In this document: positions 38,909 through 51,099 of the stretch, in pieces
Layout: each line of letters starts with the position of its first letter
Numbering within the stretch: the first letter of the stretch is position 1
NCBI RefSeq assembly: GCF_036971445.1
Contig: NC_091476.1
Coordinates: forward strand, 138,508,001 to 138,572,000
Reading direction: 5' to 3'
DNA length: 64,000 bases
Source: Narcine bancroftii
Lineage: Eukaryota
Program-made: the position numbers and the translations under genes
The notes under the pieces: model-generated
What the model was told of the DNA's origin: nothing
The model's input: the letters and a program-made list of their open reading frames with translations, nothing else
Databases searched by the model: none

Positions 38909-40343
38909 CTGCAGCAGAGGGGAGGCACCAAAATTAAGACTATGAAGAATGCAGGGAAGGAGCCTTGCAAAGGGACGGTTGGCAGAAAATGAAGCAGCAT
39001 TTTCCAAGGGTGATCAGTGTTGGCCTGGGGAAAGTTGTCTAAAGCAACCCCTTGGGACTCTGCTCAAAATTTATGGGCCCCCTTCCCTCTGAAACAGTCA
39101 AGTTTCGGTTTCTTTTGTTCTTCTCTCCTACCGACTATATAAAAACACATTAAAAATATTTATCTTACCTGAAATGAAAAGAAAACAATGCTTTTCCTTA
39201 AATGTGCGGTTGGCCCCATTGAAAATGTCTGGTCTACAGTGAAGTTCAAGGAACTCTGAGTAATGTCAACAATATCCTGTTTCTTACACTCTTGAAATGG
39301 ATTCAGAATTTACTTTAACTGGTGGAGATATTATCTGCTAAAAATCAGTGATTGCTAGGGAAAGGAATGGCCTCAGCCCAGTAAAGCAAGGACATGAGAT
39401 TGAATTCAGCTACTCCAACCAGTAAAACTTCCCAGAATCTGATTCATGCCCTGAATGGTCCCCTTGTTAAATTCATCAGTTCTAATTGGGCAAAGTTAAC
39501 ACCTTTCCTTGTTTCCAGGTGACGCAATTGGTTACAAAGCATTAGTGAATATGGGTGGGCCACTTACTTGACTAGCCCATTAGGTCATGGGTTGGCCATT
39601 CAACAGGGTAAAGGATATTTAATGGGAGTAGACCATTTATTCATCAAAGAATGGTAGAATCATAGATAGCAAAGAATATTCTCTAAGGATACGGTGGGAC
39701 ATAGATCAGCTGGAAAGTTGGGAGGAGCAGTGGCAGGTGGAATTAATTCTGATATGTGTGAAGTCATGCAGTTTGGGACATCAGAATCAGGTGAGACATA
39801 TTCAGTGTATGGCAGGGGTGTTGATATACAGGGATACCTCTGGGAGTAAGCTCCTAATTCCCTGACATTAATGACACAGGTGGATGGCATTGTGAATAAA
39901 GCATTTGGTATGCTTGCCTTCACAGTTACAAGGAAAACCAACCATTGGAACTCCACACACATCCTTTGAGGTGAGGATTGAACCGGGGCCAAAGAAACTG
40001 TGAGACACCATTGGGGTTTCAAGGTGGTGACCAGAAGTCACTTTCCAAAGTGGTAAGAGGGAGAAGAATGTTCAACATTAAAAACAACCCAGAGGTTAAC
40101 TTAATGATCCATGAAATGTTGGATTAGATTGAGCAGATCTGTTTTGAGCAACAGAGACCTCATGAGCTTCATGTATTCCATTTGCATTACAATTTTTCTA
40201 CATCGACAATATGGGGATATCGAGTCACATCACAGATAACTCACAATTGGCCTGAAAGACACAACAGGGTCCTGGGAGGAAGTGGATCACCCTTGTTGCT
40301 GGAGTTTGAATGAGTGCCCACTCTGGGTCCCTCTACCACCTAC

Positions 40344-40462
40344 CCAGTTGCTTGATTCCTTCCTTGTCTTCAATCAGCAATTGGACTCTCGGGATGTCGA
40401 TGTGAAGTCGAGGCCCCTGTGCCTGTCCTTTCACTGGAGTATCGAAGCTACGGTTGTTCTTA
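40344..40462 (-). CDS. DSCAML1: DSCAML1 cytoplasmic exon (KNNRSFDTPVKGQAQGPRLHIDIPRVQLLIEDKEGIKQL)
   Basis: 119 nt, CAG acceptor and GTAGGT donor, phase 2-1. Confidence 0.95.
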
Positions 40463-42027
40463 CTGTAAGAAAATATTGCATTCTTCCATCATTTGGATTG
40501 CCAAAATCACTCAGATTAAATGATTGCTTTGACACCTCCAAAGACAGTTCATGGCATTTGTATGTGAAACAAATGATCACATACTCAAAGTCAAATATTT
40601 GGAAAATAATAGGATCTTAATGAATTCCAAGTAATAATCTATTTCAAGATACTGAAGCTCATAAAATCAATCTTTGCAGAGCAATGGGCAATGTTCAAAA
40701 GGATGAAAACGTCTTTTCTTTAATAAAAGGACATAGAATCCTGCATTAAACTAATCTGAACCAGCTAGGGACCTTGTGGTTGACACTAAAATGCATGAAC
40801 ATAGAAAAATGGACAAATCCGAGGCAGCCATCAGTGCCCACCTTCCCTCTGCCGCAGCATTAATAGGGGATCAAAGCAACAAATAGAGACAGCTTCTACA
40901 AATAAGAACTGGTTAATGTTCCTGGTGAACCTTTGCTCTGCTTCCATCGATGGATGCATTAAATTCTTCTTGTATTTATTTCCAGGGTGTATAGTTCTCC
41001 ATGATATTGGAAGTGACCGAATTACAAACAGTTTCTGTGTATTCTGCATCACTGTGGATTCTATTCTGCCTGTTTATTGGTACTTTAACCCCTGGTTCAC
41101 AGGTCTGCAGCTCTTTTATGAAATGTTTGCCATTTCTTTGGAAAGACCTGCTTTAGAGACTCTTCATTGGAAGCACACTTCTGGTTTCTGCTTTGAGCCG
41201 TGTTTAATAAAGAGGCACCTGTTCAAAATGTTTTTTTTTGAACTTCAAGATATAAATGGTTTCATGTCAGAAAATCATTCTCAGAAAACCGAGATGACCC
41301 CAAGGTTTGGGGGTCACAGCCGGTCTTCTGAAGCTGCACCTGGAGGAAAGTGAATAGCAACTGTTGTGAATTGTACCACTGAGAGGTTTCACATCAAAGT
41401 TTCATTTGCTTCAGGAGGCAGCACACTTCTCACTGAACCAAAAGCGCATGGATTTAAGTTGACCAACCATGAAAACCTGGGGTGATCTGCGGTCTTTTCC
41501 AACAACAGATGGGACTCTTGAGGGGGAAGATCTTTTACACAGAGAGTGGCTGATATTAGATCGTGCTGACAGAGGAAGTGTGGAATTAGATAAACTCATG
41601 ACTTTTTACGTGTAGACAGACATTTAAATAAGCAAAGTGTGTTCTTAATGTGGGAAGGATATGGTCTTACTGTGGGAAAATGCGATGTATGGATGGACAA
41701 AGGTGTGCATAATGTGGTGGGCTGAATTCACCCAGCTGTGTCTGATTGTGCCACATAGAATACAGAATTTGCATGTTCTCCCTAACCGTGTGGGCTTCCC
41801 AAGGATAGGTTAATTTGGGGGAAGCTGACGGAAATGCAGGGAGAATGAAATAGTAACATTGTAAAATCAGCTTAAAACATGGTTAGTGCGGATGTAATTG
41901 GCAGATGAGCCTGTTATAAAACCACCTTCTCCCTCAAATGGATGTAAATGTTCCCATGATACCTTTGTTAAGAAGACTGGGGTGTTTCCAGGTCTTCAGG
42001 TCAAATTTCATTCAAGAGAGATTAATC

Positions 42028-44410
42028 GAGGGAGTCACGTGATGGAGTAGTGGCCGGACGGTGAACTCCAGCCCTCTCCAGAAAAGTCGGGAAAAACAAA
42101 GGAAAACACAAAGGCACAGAAATAAAAGTTACAGAAAAGTGAGTATAAAGGTGGAAAGAAGATGGCGACAAAAAAAGAAAAATCGAAAGCAACGGTAAGA
42201 AGAGAGGAAGAGAAGACAAAGGAGGAAAAAGGTGAAGGCCTTACCTGTCCGAAGAGGCCCGCTGCGGAGAGCGAAACCCGCTCCCTCAGGTCGGTAAATA
42301 ATGGACTACAAAAATGGCTCGCTGAGCCGAGTAAAAGTGCGCATGCGCGATGCGAATGAAAAAAAACACACCGACGGGAGGGGGGACCAGCTGGGGAGTC
42401 GATCTCCACAGCCGGCAACGACAGCTGCAGAACACCTGCAGCAAGAAGAGACCACAGAAGACAATAGAAACAAGAAAGAAGAGGAGGAAAGGGCACCAAA
42501 GAAACAACAGATGGCCAACCCAGAGGAAGAAGAAGAGGAAGAGGAAGAGTACAGTGAAATAGAAGAAGAAAAGAAAGGCAAGATAAAGGATATACTTTCT
42601 CTTATTAAAGGATACATGGAGTCATTTAAAGAATGGCAAACACAGGAATTTAAGGATTTAAGAAAAAGAATAAACAACACAGAAGAGAAAATGAATAAAA
42701 TAGAGATGACCTTAACAGAAATGGGAAAGAAAATGGACAAGATGGAAGAGCGGGCAGTAGCAGCAGAAATGGAGGTAGAAGACTTAAAAAAGAAATTGGA
42801 GGAATCTAATAAAAAAACTAAAGAGACACAAGAACTACTAGCTCAAAAAATAGATACAATGGAAAATTATAACAGAAGAAATAACATAAAGATAGTGGGC
42901 CTTAAGGAAGATGAAGAAGGCAAGAATATGAGGGAGTTTATAAAAGAGTGGATCCCTAAGACCCTAGGATGTCCAGAACTACAGCAAGAAATGGAAATAG
43001 AAAGGGCACATAGAGTATTGGCCTCTAAACCACAGCCACAACAAAAAACAAGATCTATTGTAGTAAAATTCCTAAGATATACTACAAGAGAAAAGGTACT
43101 GGAGAAGACAATGGAAAAAGTAAGAGAGGGCAACAAACCACTGGAGTATAAAAGGCAAAAAATCTTCATTTATCCAGATATAAGTTTTGAACTCCTAAAG
43201 AAGAGAAAAGAGTTCAATACAGCAAAGGCGATTTTATGGAAGAAAGGGTATAAATTTATACTAAATTTATTCCAGGACAACAAAACAGACTATTCTCGGA
43301 TCCAGAAGAAGCACGAAAATTTGCAGAACAATTACAAAAATAGACTGAGGGAGGAAGACGGGTAATGAGAGTAAAAATGATCACGATTGATATGTATGTG
43401 GGTAAAGACAAAAATAGACTGAGGGATGAAGACGGGTAATGAGAGTAAAAATGATCACGATTGATATGTATGCGGGTAAAGAGGTATAAGAGTGAATAGA
43501 GACAATGTGCATACGTGAATGTATCTGTACTTAGAGGAAAATATAGATAGTATAGACAAGAATTAATAAGGGAAGGTAATGGAATAGAGAGAATAAGGAG
43601 GGAATTAAAAGAGTGACCTTTGTGACATATGAAAAGTGAAATCTTTTCTGGGGGAGGCGGGGTGGGGGGAAATAGCGGTCACTGCAAAATCAGTTGACGC
43701 TTGCGAGTGGATTCGCAAATCCAAATGGAGAGGGGAGATGTGGTTGTCCGACAAGGGATAAAGGACAACTCAGGAGGGGAAGGGGAGATTGGGGATAAAT
43801 AAGATAGAAATAGGAGAATAAGGAAAATGTTGGATGTTGTAGGAATGTTGTCTTATAAAGAGTTGAAAATAAGAAAACAGAAATGGAAAAGGAGGAAAGG
43901 TAATGATGGAAAAACGGAAAGAGAAGATAAACAAAATATAAAAGGGCTACGCTGAACTATATGACTTTAAATATTAATGGAATACATAACCAAATTAAAA
44001 GGAAGAAACTACTAAATTTAAATGAATAAATGGATTCCATTAGAAAAAATAACATATGGGTTAAGAAATAATATTGAAATATTCGAACAAGTATGGGAGC
44101 CTTACATTAAATACAATAGTGAAAACCTACCGGGGACAAACATTACCTAAGTTGATGGAAGGAGAAGGAAAGAAAAGAATGGACTCAGTAGAATTTCTGG
44201 TGTATTTTTGTTGAATGACAACATTGTCTGACTGGCTTAATGCAACCTAGATTGTATACCTAAAATGGATGAGAGGGGGGGTGGGGGGGTGGCTTGGGAG
44301 GAGGGAGGGGGGGGGGGAGAAAAAGTCACTGTATATGTGTGAAAAAGAAATAGTGTATATCATGGCTAATGTGATTTATGGTGTGAAAAAAAAAAAATTT
44401 AAAAAAAAAA
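42028..44410 (+). mobile_element. L1-clade element with ORF1 and internally deleted ORF2 (HAL1-like non-autonomous), poly(A) and imperfect TSD
   Basis: CpG-rich 5'UTR, ORF1, ORF2 start fused to ORF2 end at ~44020, poly(A) at 44386-44410. Flanks read aagagagattaatc and aagagagagtttaatc. Confidence 0.88.
42301..43365 (+). CDS. L1 ORF1p-like protein (coiled coil + RRM + CTD), C-terminus frameshifted
   Basis: ENYNRRNNIKIVGLKE, IERAHR and IFIYPDIS motifs of L1 ORF1p. Confidence 0.88.
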   Translation: MDYKNGSLSRVKVRMRDANEKKHTDGRGDQLGSRSPQPATTAAEHLQQEETTEDNRNKKEEEERAPKKQQMANPEEEEEEEEEYSEIEEEKKGKIKDILSLIKGYMESFKEWQTQEFKDLRKRINNTEEKMNKIEMTLTEMGKKMDKMEERAVAAEMEVEDLKKKLEESNKKTKETQELLAQKIDTMENYNRRNNIKIVGLKEDEEGKNMREFIKEWIPKTLGCPELQQEMEIERAHRVLASKPQPQQKTRSIVVKFLRYTTREKVLEKTMEKVREGNKPLEYKRQKIFIYPDISFELLKKRKEFNTAKAILWKKGYKFILNLFQDNKTDYSRIQKKHENLQNNYKNRLREEDG

Positions 44411-44544
44411 GAGAGAGTTTAATCCAAATTATATCATCTGGTTATTATTTCACACAATTTGAAGGATTCAAGTGCAGCTACACTTTCTAAAACATGGAGG
44501 TGTTATTTCTATCTTTAGATCTTTTATTGGCTGTGAAGTGAATC

Positions 44545-44928
44545 AGTGGGTGACTGGGTGAGGAGTAATGGGGAGGGGAGTTACTGGGTACGGGATGACT
44601 GGGTGGGGAGTGATGGGGTATGGAATGACTGGGTGGGGAATGACGGGGTGCAGAGTGACTGGGTACGGAGTGAGTGGGTGCGTAGTAACTGAGTGGGCAA
44701 TGAGTGGACGGGAAGTGACCGAGTGGAGAGTGACTGGTTGGGGTGTGACTGGGTATGGAGGGGTGATTGGGTGAGGAGTTACTGGGTTTAGAGTGACTTG
44801 GTGTGGAATGATTGGGTGTGGAGTGACTAAATGGGGAGTGACTGTGTGGGAAGTGACTGAGTGGAAAGTGACTGGGTGAGGTGAGACTGGGTGCAGAGTG
44901 ATTAAGGGTGGCTGGGTGGGGCAGGTCA
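44545..44928. repeat. G-rich degenerate ~15-bp minisatellite (GTGACTGGGTGRGGA)
   Basis: About 25 imperfect units; produces the spurious VTPHP ORF. Confidence 0.9.
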
Positions 44929-45224
44929 CAGTGCTGAGGGCACTGGGGTGAAACTGCTCAGCATACGAGGTTGGTTCATGGACACTTTACGCAGGAACAT
45001 GTAAAAACACAATGCTGGAGAAACTCAGTAGGCCATTCCTTGATAAGAGGCTCAAGTCCGAAATGACTGTTATGTATTTTTATCTTTGCTATATAAAGGA
45101 CACTATTTGACCTGCTGAATTTCTCCAGCATTGTGTTTTTACTTCAACCATGGTGTCTACAGACCTTCACGTTTTACTTCTTACACTGGAACATGTTCAG
45201 GCTGATGCCTCAGGGAGATCTTAC

Positions 45225-45255
45225 CTGATCAGCATCTCTGCTAGGCTCTTTGCAT
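45225..45255 (-). CDS. DSCAML1: DSCAML1 31-nt micro-exon (DAKSLAEMLIS)
   Basis: CAG acceptor and GTAAGA donor, phase 1-2. Joins the flanking exons in frame. Not resolved by the ORF track. Confidence 0.93.
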
Positions 45256-46119
45256 CTGAAATACAGAGAAAAAAAAATGATCAGATTTGGATAACACATA
45301 CAAAGAGGCGAGTTCTTCCCTTCCCCCTCCACAAGGAGCTGCAGCGGAGAAGCTTTCAGCATTCTGCATTTGAACAGTGACCTGAGTGAATGAGAGAAGA
45401 TTAATCTTCCGCAGTGATTGGCAAAGCTGAGTGACAGATTCCTCTCAAAAGTGTTCATGCGGCCAGCTGTCCCCCGACACCTCCAGCCCTGCATTGTGAC
45501 ATTTAAATCGTTTACACTTCCACAGATCCCAGCGGTTCTTTGACATCCTGTCCAACTCCGGCACTCTTTGCTGAGTGTCCTGATTTCTTTCCTGGCTGAG
45601 CAAAGTGTGCACACACCAGAGATTTAATTTTTGCAATGTGACCTGAGGCTGTGAAGCTGGGACTGGGAAGAAGGTGATAAATGGAGAGAGAACCATTGCT
45701 GATACATCAAGACTTTGGAAGAATCGAGCAACAATTTATGAAAGAACCAAAATAAACAAGGCATCTGCACCCACAGAAGTGGAATGGAATAGAAAGAGAA
45801 ATTCAGACCATTTCTACCATGCTAGATTATCCAGCTTAATCCTAATCCCTTGCTCTTCATCATTAATAAAATTTAGGATTTCTGTCTCCATCATTCTGTC
45901 TTTCATTGATTTCCAAACCCCCACCATACCATGGACACAAAAAATTATTTAACTTGCCACCAATTACCAGTATTTTAAAATTTTGCCTTCGATCTCTGCA
46001 TAAGAGATACCAGTTCTTCCTTTTCATCCAATCTAGACCCTATCATTATTTGACATGTCTCAATTAAACCTCTCCCAATCCTTCTATTCCAATGAAATCA
46101 ACTTCACCTGTTTGGTCAT

Positions 46120-48839
46120 GAAGTCAGGGGTCCATTACAATTGTTGAAGGAACAGTGGATACATAATCAAATCTGCTGGATTATGTTTTCAAATTTAAAA
46201 ACAGATTATATCAGGCTTGCGAGATGGCAAGGAAAAATTTAAAAACTGCTCAGGGAAAAATGAAAATTCATTATGATCAAAAAGCAAAAATTAGGGACAT
46301 TAAACCTGGAAACAAAGTATTAGTTTTGTTTCCAATGCAGTCAAACCCTTTGAGAGCTCAGTTTTCAGGGCCATATAAGGTGAAAGCAAAAATTAACCAG
46401 GTCACCTATGCCTGATCATTGAAGAGAGACCCAGGTCTGTCATGTGAACATGCTTAAACCTTACTTTGAGAAAATGACTGAGGAGGAGACTAGGATTCCA
46501 ACCAAGGTGCTAGTTATAGAGGAGGAGATAAGTTTCGTGGAAGGTCATGGAGCACAGAAAGTGATAAGCCCCAAGCTGGAAAATTCTATGGTTTTGCAAA
46601 ACTTAAACACCAAGTTAATGCATTTGACTAAACCAGAATGAAGACATTACTTATGAAATTTATGGATATATTCCCAGATGTTCCAAGAAGAACTACTGTG
46701 GCTTGTCATGATGTGGAGGTCAGTGATGCTAAGCCTATTAAGCAGCATCTTTACCGAGTTAATCAGGAAAAGAGCAGATTGTTGGATCAAAGAGGTGGAT
46801 TATATGCTCAAAAATGACATCATCCAAAAATCAAGTTCAAATTGGAGTTCACCCTGTGTTCTGGTGCCTAAGCCAGATGGCTCAATTAGGTTTTGTACAG
46901 ATTATTGAAAGGTAAACATGGTGACAAAGACTGATGTATTCCTTATCCCAGAATAGATGATTGTGTAGATAAGGTGGGGAAGGCTAAGTTTCTTACAAAG
47001 ATTGATCTCTTAAAAGGATACTGGTGTGTTCCTTTGATAGAGAAAGGCAGGGAGATTTCTGCATTTGTTACATCTTTGGGACTGTATGAGTATAATGTTA
47101 TGCCTTTTGGAATGAAAAATGCACCTGCCACATTTCAGAGAATGATTAATGCAGTAATTCAGGGTTTAGAGCACACAGGATCCTATATCGATGATTTAGT
47201 AATTAGTACAAATACATGGGAAGAACACATGCTTGAATTAGAGCAGTTATTTCAGAGACTGGTAGAAGCACACATCTCAGTGAATTTGCACAAGAGTGAG
47301 TTTGGATATGCCACTGTAATTTATCTGTGTTATGTGGTAGGACAGGGACAGGTGGCACCGGTTGGAGCGAAAGTATTGGCTATCACTGTGTTCCCTATCC
47401 CCAGTAATAAGAAAGCTATTGGAGATTTCTAGGTATGATTGGCTACTATCGTAGATTTTGTGAAAACTTTGTAGAAATTGCACTCACATTAACAAAACTA
47501 CTTGGAAAGAAAGAAAAATTTATCTGGTCAGATGCATGCAAGGAAGCGTTTCTGAAGTTAAAGGCCATTTTATGCCATCAGCCTGTACTTTTGTCCCTTA
47601 ACTTTAAAAAGCCATTCTCTTTAGCTGTGGACATCAGTGACGAAGCGGTTGGCCCTGCACTGTTACAGAAGAAGGATGGTGATGGAATAGAACATCCTAT
47701 TTCGTACTTCTCGAAAAAGTTTAACGACCATCAACAAAATGACTCAACCATTGAGAAGGAGTTATTAGTGCTTGTTTTAGCATTGCAACATTTTGCTGTG
47801 CATATTTGTACTGCTCAAAAACTGTTAATAATATATACTGATGATAATCCATTAGTTTTTCTGTCTAAAATGAAAAATAAGAACAGATGGTTATTGAATT
47901 GGAGCTTACTATTACAAGAGTATGATTTAATTATTACACACATAAAGGGGACGGATAATGTAATAGCAGATTGTTTGTCAAGATGCTAATCTGGGTAGAT
48001 ATGAATCTAATCACATACTTATTGTAAAAAAAAAATGGAGTGTTTATTTTATTTATGTAATACTTCCATTAATTGTTAAAAATTTGTTCTTGTGGACCAA
48101 ATTTTTTTTTTAGCAGGGGAGGTGTTACAGATTTCTATGTTGTGTATTGGCCTATGTGTTGTGTGGTTTTATGTTAAGAAGTGACAGTTTGCCTTAGAGA
48201 GCCAAGGTGAAGGTGGACTGCTGAGAGAGTGGGAGATGGGCTGAGCATGTGCAGAAAATGAAAAAAATTTCTGGTCTTGGATGATAAACCACCACTGGGT
48301 GGTGCTGTGGATTGGAAGGAGGCCCAGAGGATGAGTCATGGACTTAAGGACAGTTTAGAATGTTGGAATTTCAAAAAAGATGAATATTCTGAAGGCAGCC
48401 AGAAGGATCCGAATCAACCCAGTGGTTCCTCTCTCTGCAAACAACACAAGACAACTTCAAATTTTGTGCTCTCTCTCTCCCTCAAAGATCTTTTGGCTTC
48501 AGTTTACCAAACAAACTGAATTTTGTTTATGATCTTTTTGCTTCGGTTGAGATCGAAGTTTTGTGAGCCTTGCATGTTTTGTGATTGTTTTGTGTCTAAG
48601 TTTTTCTGTGGGCTGGTTGGAAATATAACTTAGACTATAATTACATATGTTATATTTAGGCTGGGGAATTTATTAGTTTTACACTGTTATAGAAATTTGC
48701 ATATTAACCAATGGGCATTGTTATAAAAGGGGGTTTTTGAATTAAAGTTTGAAGGTGAATTTTTGTTAATAAAGTAATTGTTCATCTTTACCCCTGTGTG
48801 ATATGCCTTCTTTGTGGTTGCTGGTTTGATCTTGTAACA
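46120..48839 (+). mobile_element. 5'-truncated Gmr1-like Ty3/Gypsy LTR retrotransposon (INT C-terminus, RT, RNase H, PPT, 3' LTR)
   Basis: GPY motif precedes [35 protein letters not shown] and the RNase H (DNVIADCLSR). PPT gcaggggagg, then LTR TGTTAC(48123)...GTAACA(48839). Confidence 0.9.
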
Positions 48840-49062
48840 AATGGCATTTGTGAGAGCAACAAACCAGCTGAATGTACTGAATTCCTATCCATTGAAAGTG
48901 ATCTCTGGCTGAATACAGGTGAGTTCCTTGGTTTAGAGCATAAACCCATGAGATTATAGGAGCAGAAGTAGGCCATTTGGCCCATCGAGCCACAATTCAT
49001 GAGCTGATCCATTCTCCTTCTCACCCTTACTCCCCTGCTTTCTCCCTATAACCTTTGATACC

Positions 49063-49291
49063 TGTGATAGTACAGAATATTATCACCAATGTATATTTGT
49101 ATATATTTGCTTATAGCTGTTGTGATTGGCTGAGAGCTGTAGCCACATCTACTGGCAGGTCACAAAGGGCTGCTCATAACCAGACCCAGGTCAGTCTGGA
49201 CTGGTCGACCTTGCTGTAATACTCTCCAGTCTTTTGCTGATTAAAGCCTTGGTTTGAGTTAGTAAGTCTTTGAGTCATTCAACACGCTGCA
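49063..49291 (+). mobile_element. Solo LTR (229 bp) inside a CR1 fragment
   Basis: TG...CA ends, TSD ATACC (49058-49062 and 49292-49296), ATTAAA at ~49240. Confidence 0.85.
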
Positions 49292-51099
49292 ATACCCTGA
49301 CTATTCGGATTCCTTATCAACCTCTTCCTTAAATGCTCCCAATGACTTGGGCTCCACAGCTATCTGTGATAGTAAATTTTGGAAATTCACCACTCTCTGG
49401 CTAAAGAAATGGGTGACCTTCCATCCTGAAGTTGTGCCCTTTTGTCCTAGACTCCCCTACCATGGAAAACATCTTTGCCACATCTAGTAGTTTGTCCAGG
49501 CCTTTCAACATTTGAAAAGCTTCCATGAGGGCTCCCCACCACCCCCCCCACCCATTCTTCTAAACTCCAAGGAGTACAGTACAAGAGCATCAAACTTGTC
49601 TCAAATGCTAATCCTTTCATTCCAGGAATCATTCTCGTGAATCCTCTCTGAACCCTCTCCAATGCTAGCACATACTTTCTTAAGCACAGAGTACAAAACT
49701 TGTACTCTATACTTTCAGTGAGGTCTCACCAGTGCCTTATAAAGCCTCAACATTAGATCCCTGCTCGTATGTCCTATTGCTTTAGATATGAATACCAATT
49801 TGAGGATTTGTGTCCTCACTTTCTAATGATCCTTCTCTCATTGTTTTTATTTCCATTTGTTTATGTTCTCTCCCCCCTCCCCATTAACCCATCCACTGGA
49901 TGACCTTGTTTGCAATCTTTTAATGACAACCCTTGCCTCAGCTTTTCAGGTACATTCCCTTTGTCTGATTCAGCCCCCCTCCCCCCAACTTTCTCTGCAA
50001 CTTAAAAGCAATTTGTTTCTCTTTTTCCCTTTTCTGATGAAAGTGTTTTGGGCCAAAATGTTAACTGTTTCTCTTTCCGAAGTCACAAGCTGATCAGCAG
50101 AGCATTTTTTTGTGTTTATTGCAGGAGAAAGCAGACTATTCAGCTTCTCTCAACTCATCCACCTGGAAAAACCCGCTGTGCTCCCTTCAAAATTTCCAAC
50201 TGTCACTTAAATGTTTCCAAGTATTTGCCTCTGCCACTCTACCCGGTTGTCCAACTCAAATTGCTGCCAACTGCCCAGGAGGGACTTCTTCCACCACCTG
50301 TGCCTCTACAGCACATCTTTAAAGAGAATGGACTCTAATTAAATCTCAGCTAGATTCACTCTCTGTGCACTTGGCAGGGCCAAGACAAACGAAACAGAGC
50401 ATCACGGCACAACAACAAGGACATGGACATAGTCAGGAATGTAGACCATTATATCACAGGAATGAAACACGAAAGCCTGCCGACACAGAGACTGTAGTAA
50501 AAACACAATGCTGGAGAAACTCAGCAGGTCATACAGAGTCCTTTATATAGCAAAGTTAAAGATAGATAACTATGTTTCGGGCCTGAGACCTTCATCAAGG
50601 TATGATCAATATTAGGCAGGCGCCTGAATTAAATGGTGAGGGTGGGTAGGGGGGGTGGGGAGAGGTGGTGGGGTCAGGGGGAGGAGCACAGGCCGACAGG
50701 CAAGAGTTAGATATGGGAGGGAGGACAAAAGCAAGGGTGTTAGGGGGACCAGGAGGCGGGAAACTTGGGGAAGCCAGATGGGGAAGGGAAGGTTTGAGGC
50801 CAGGGGAGGCCAAAGTGCTCTTGCATTATATTTTTAGTACATCAGAGGAAAGGGCTCTTAAATGCTGCCATGGTATCTCCTTGCACCACTACCCCAGCAA
50901 CCTGTTTCAGGCACCTACCACTCTGTTAAATATTTGCCCTGTACATCTCCTCTAAATTCTTACCTCCTCACCGTAAATGCAAGTCCCCTGGTATTTGACA
51001 TTTTTATAATATTCTGTCTAGTCTACCCTATCTAAGCCTTTCAGAATTTTATAAACATCTATCAGGTCACACCTCAGCCTCCAATGCTTCAGATAAAAA

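Noticed and set aside
42035-43169. Antisense Ser/Phe/Leu-rich ORFs
   Set aside because: Mirror of the purine-rich L1 ORF1 strand.
44543-44929. VTPHP-repeat protein ORF
   Set aside because: Translation of a 15-bp minisatellite; no splice or homology support.
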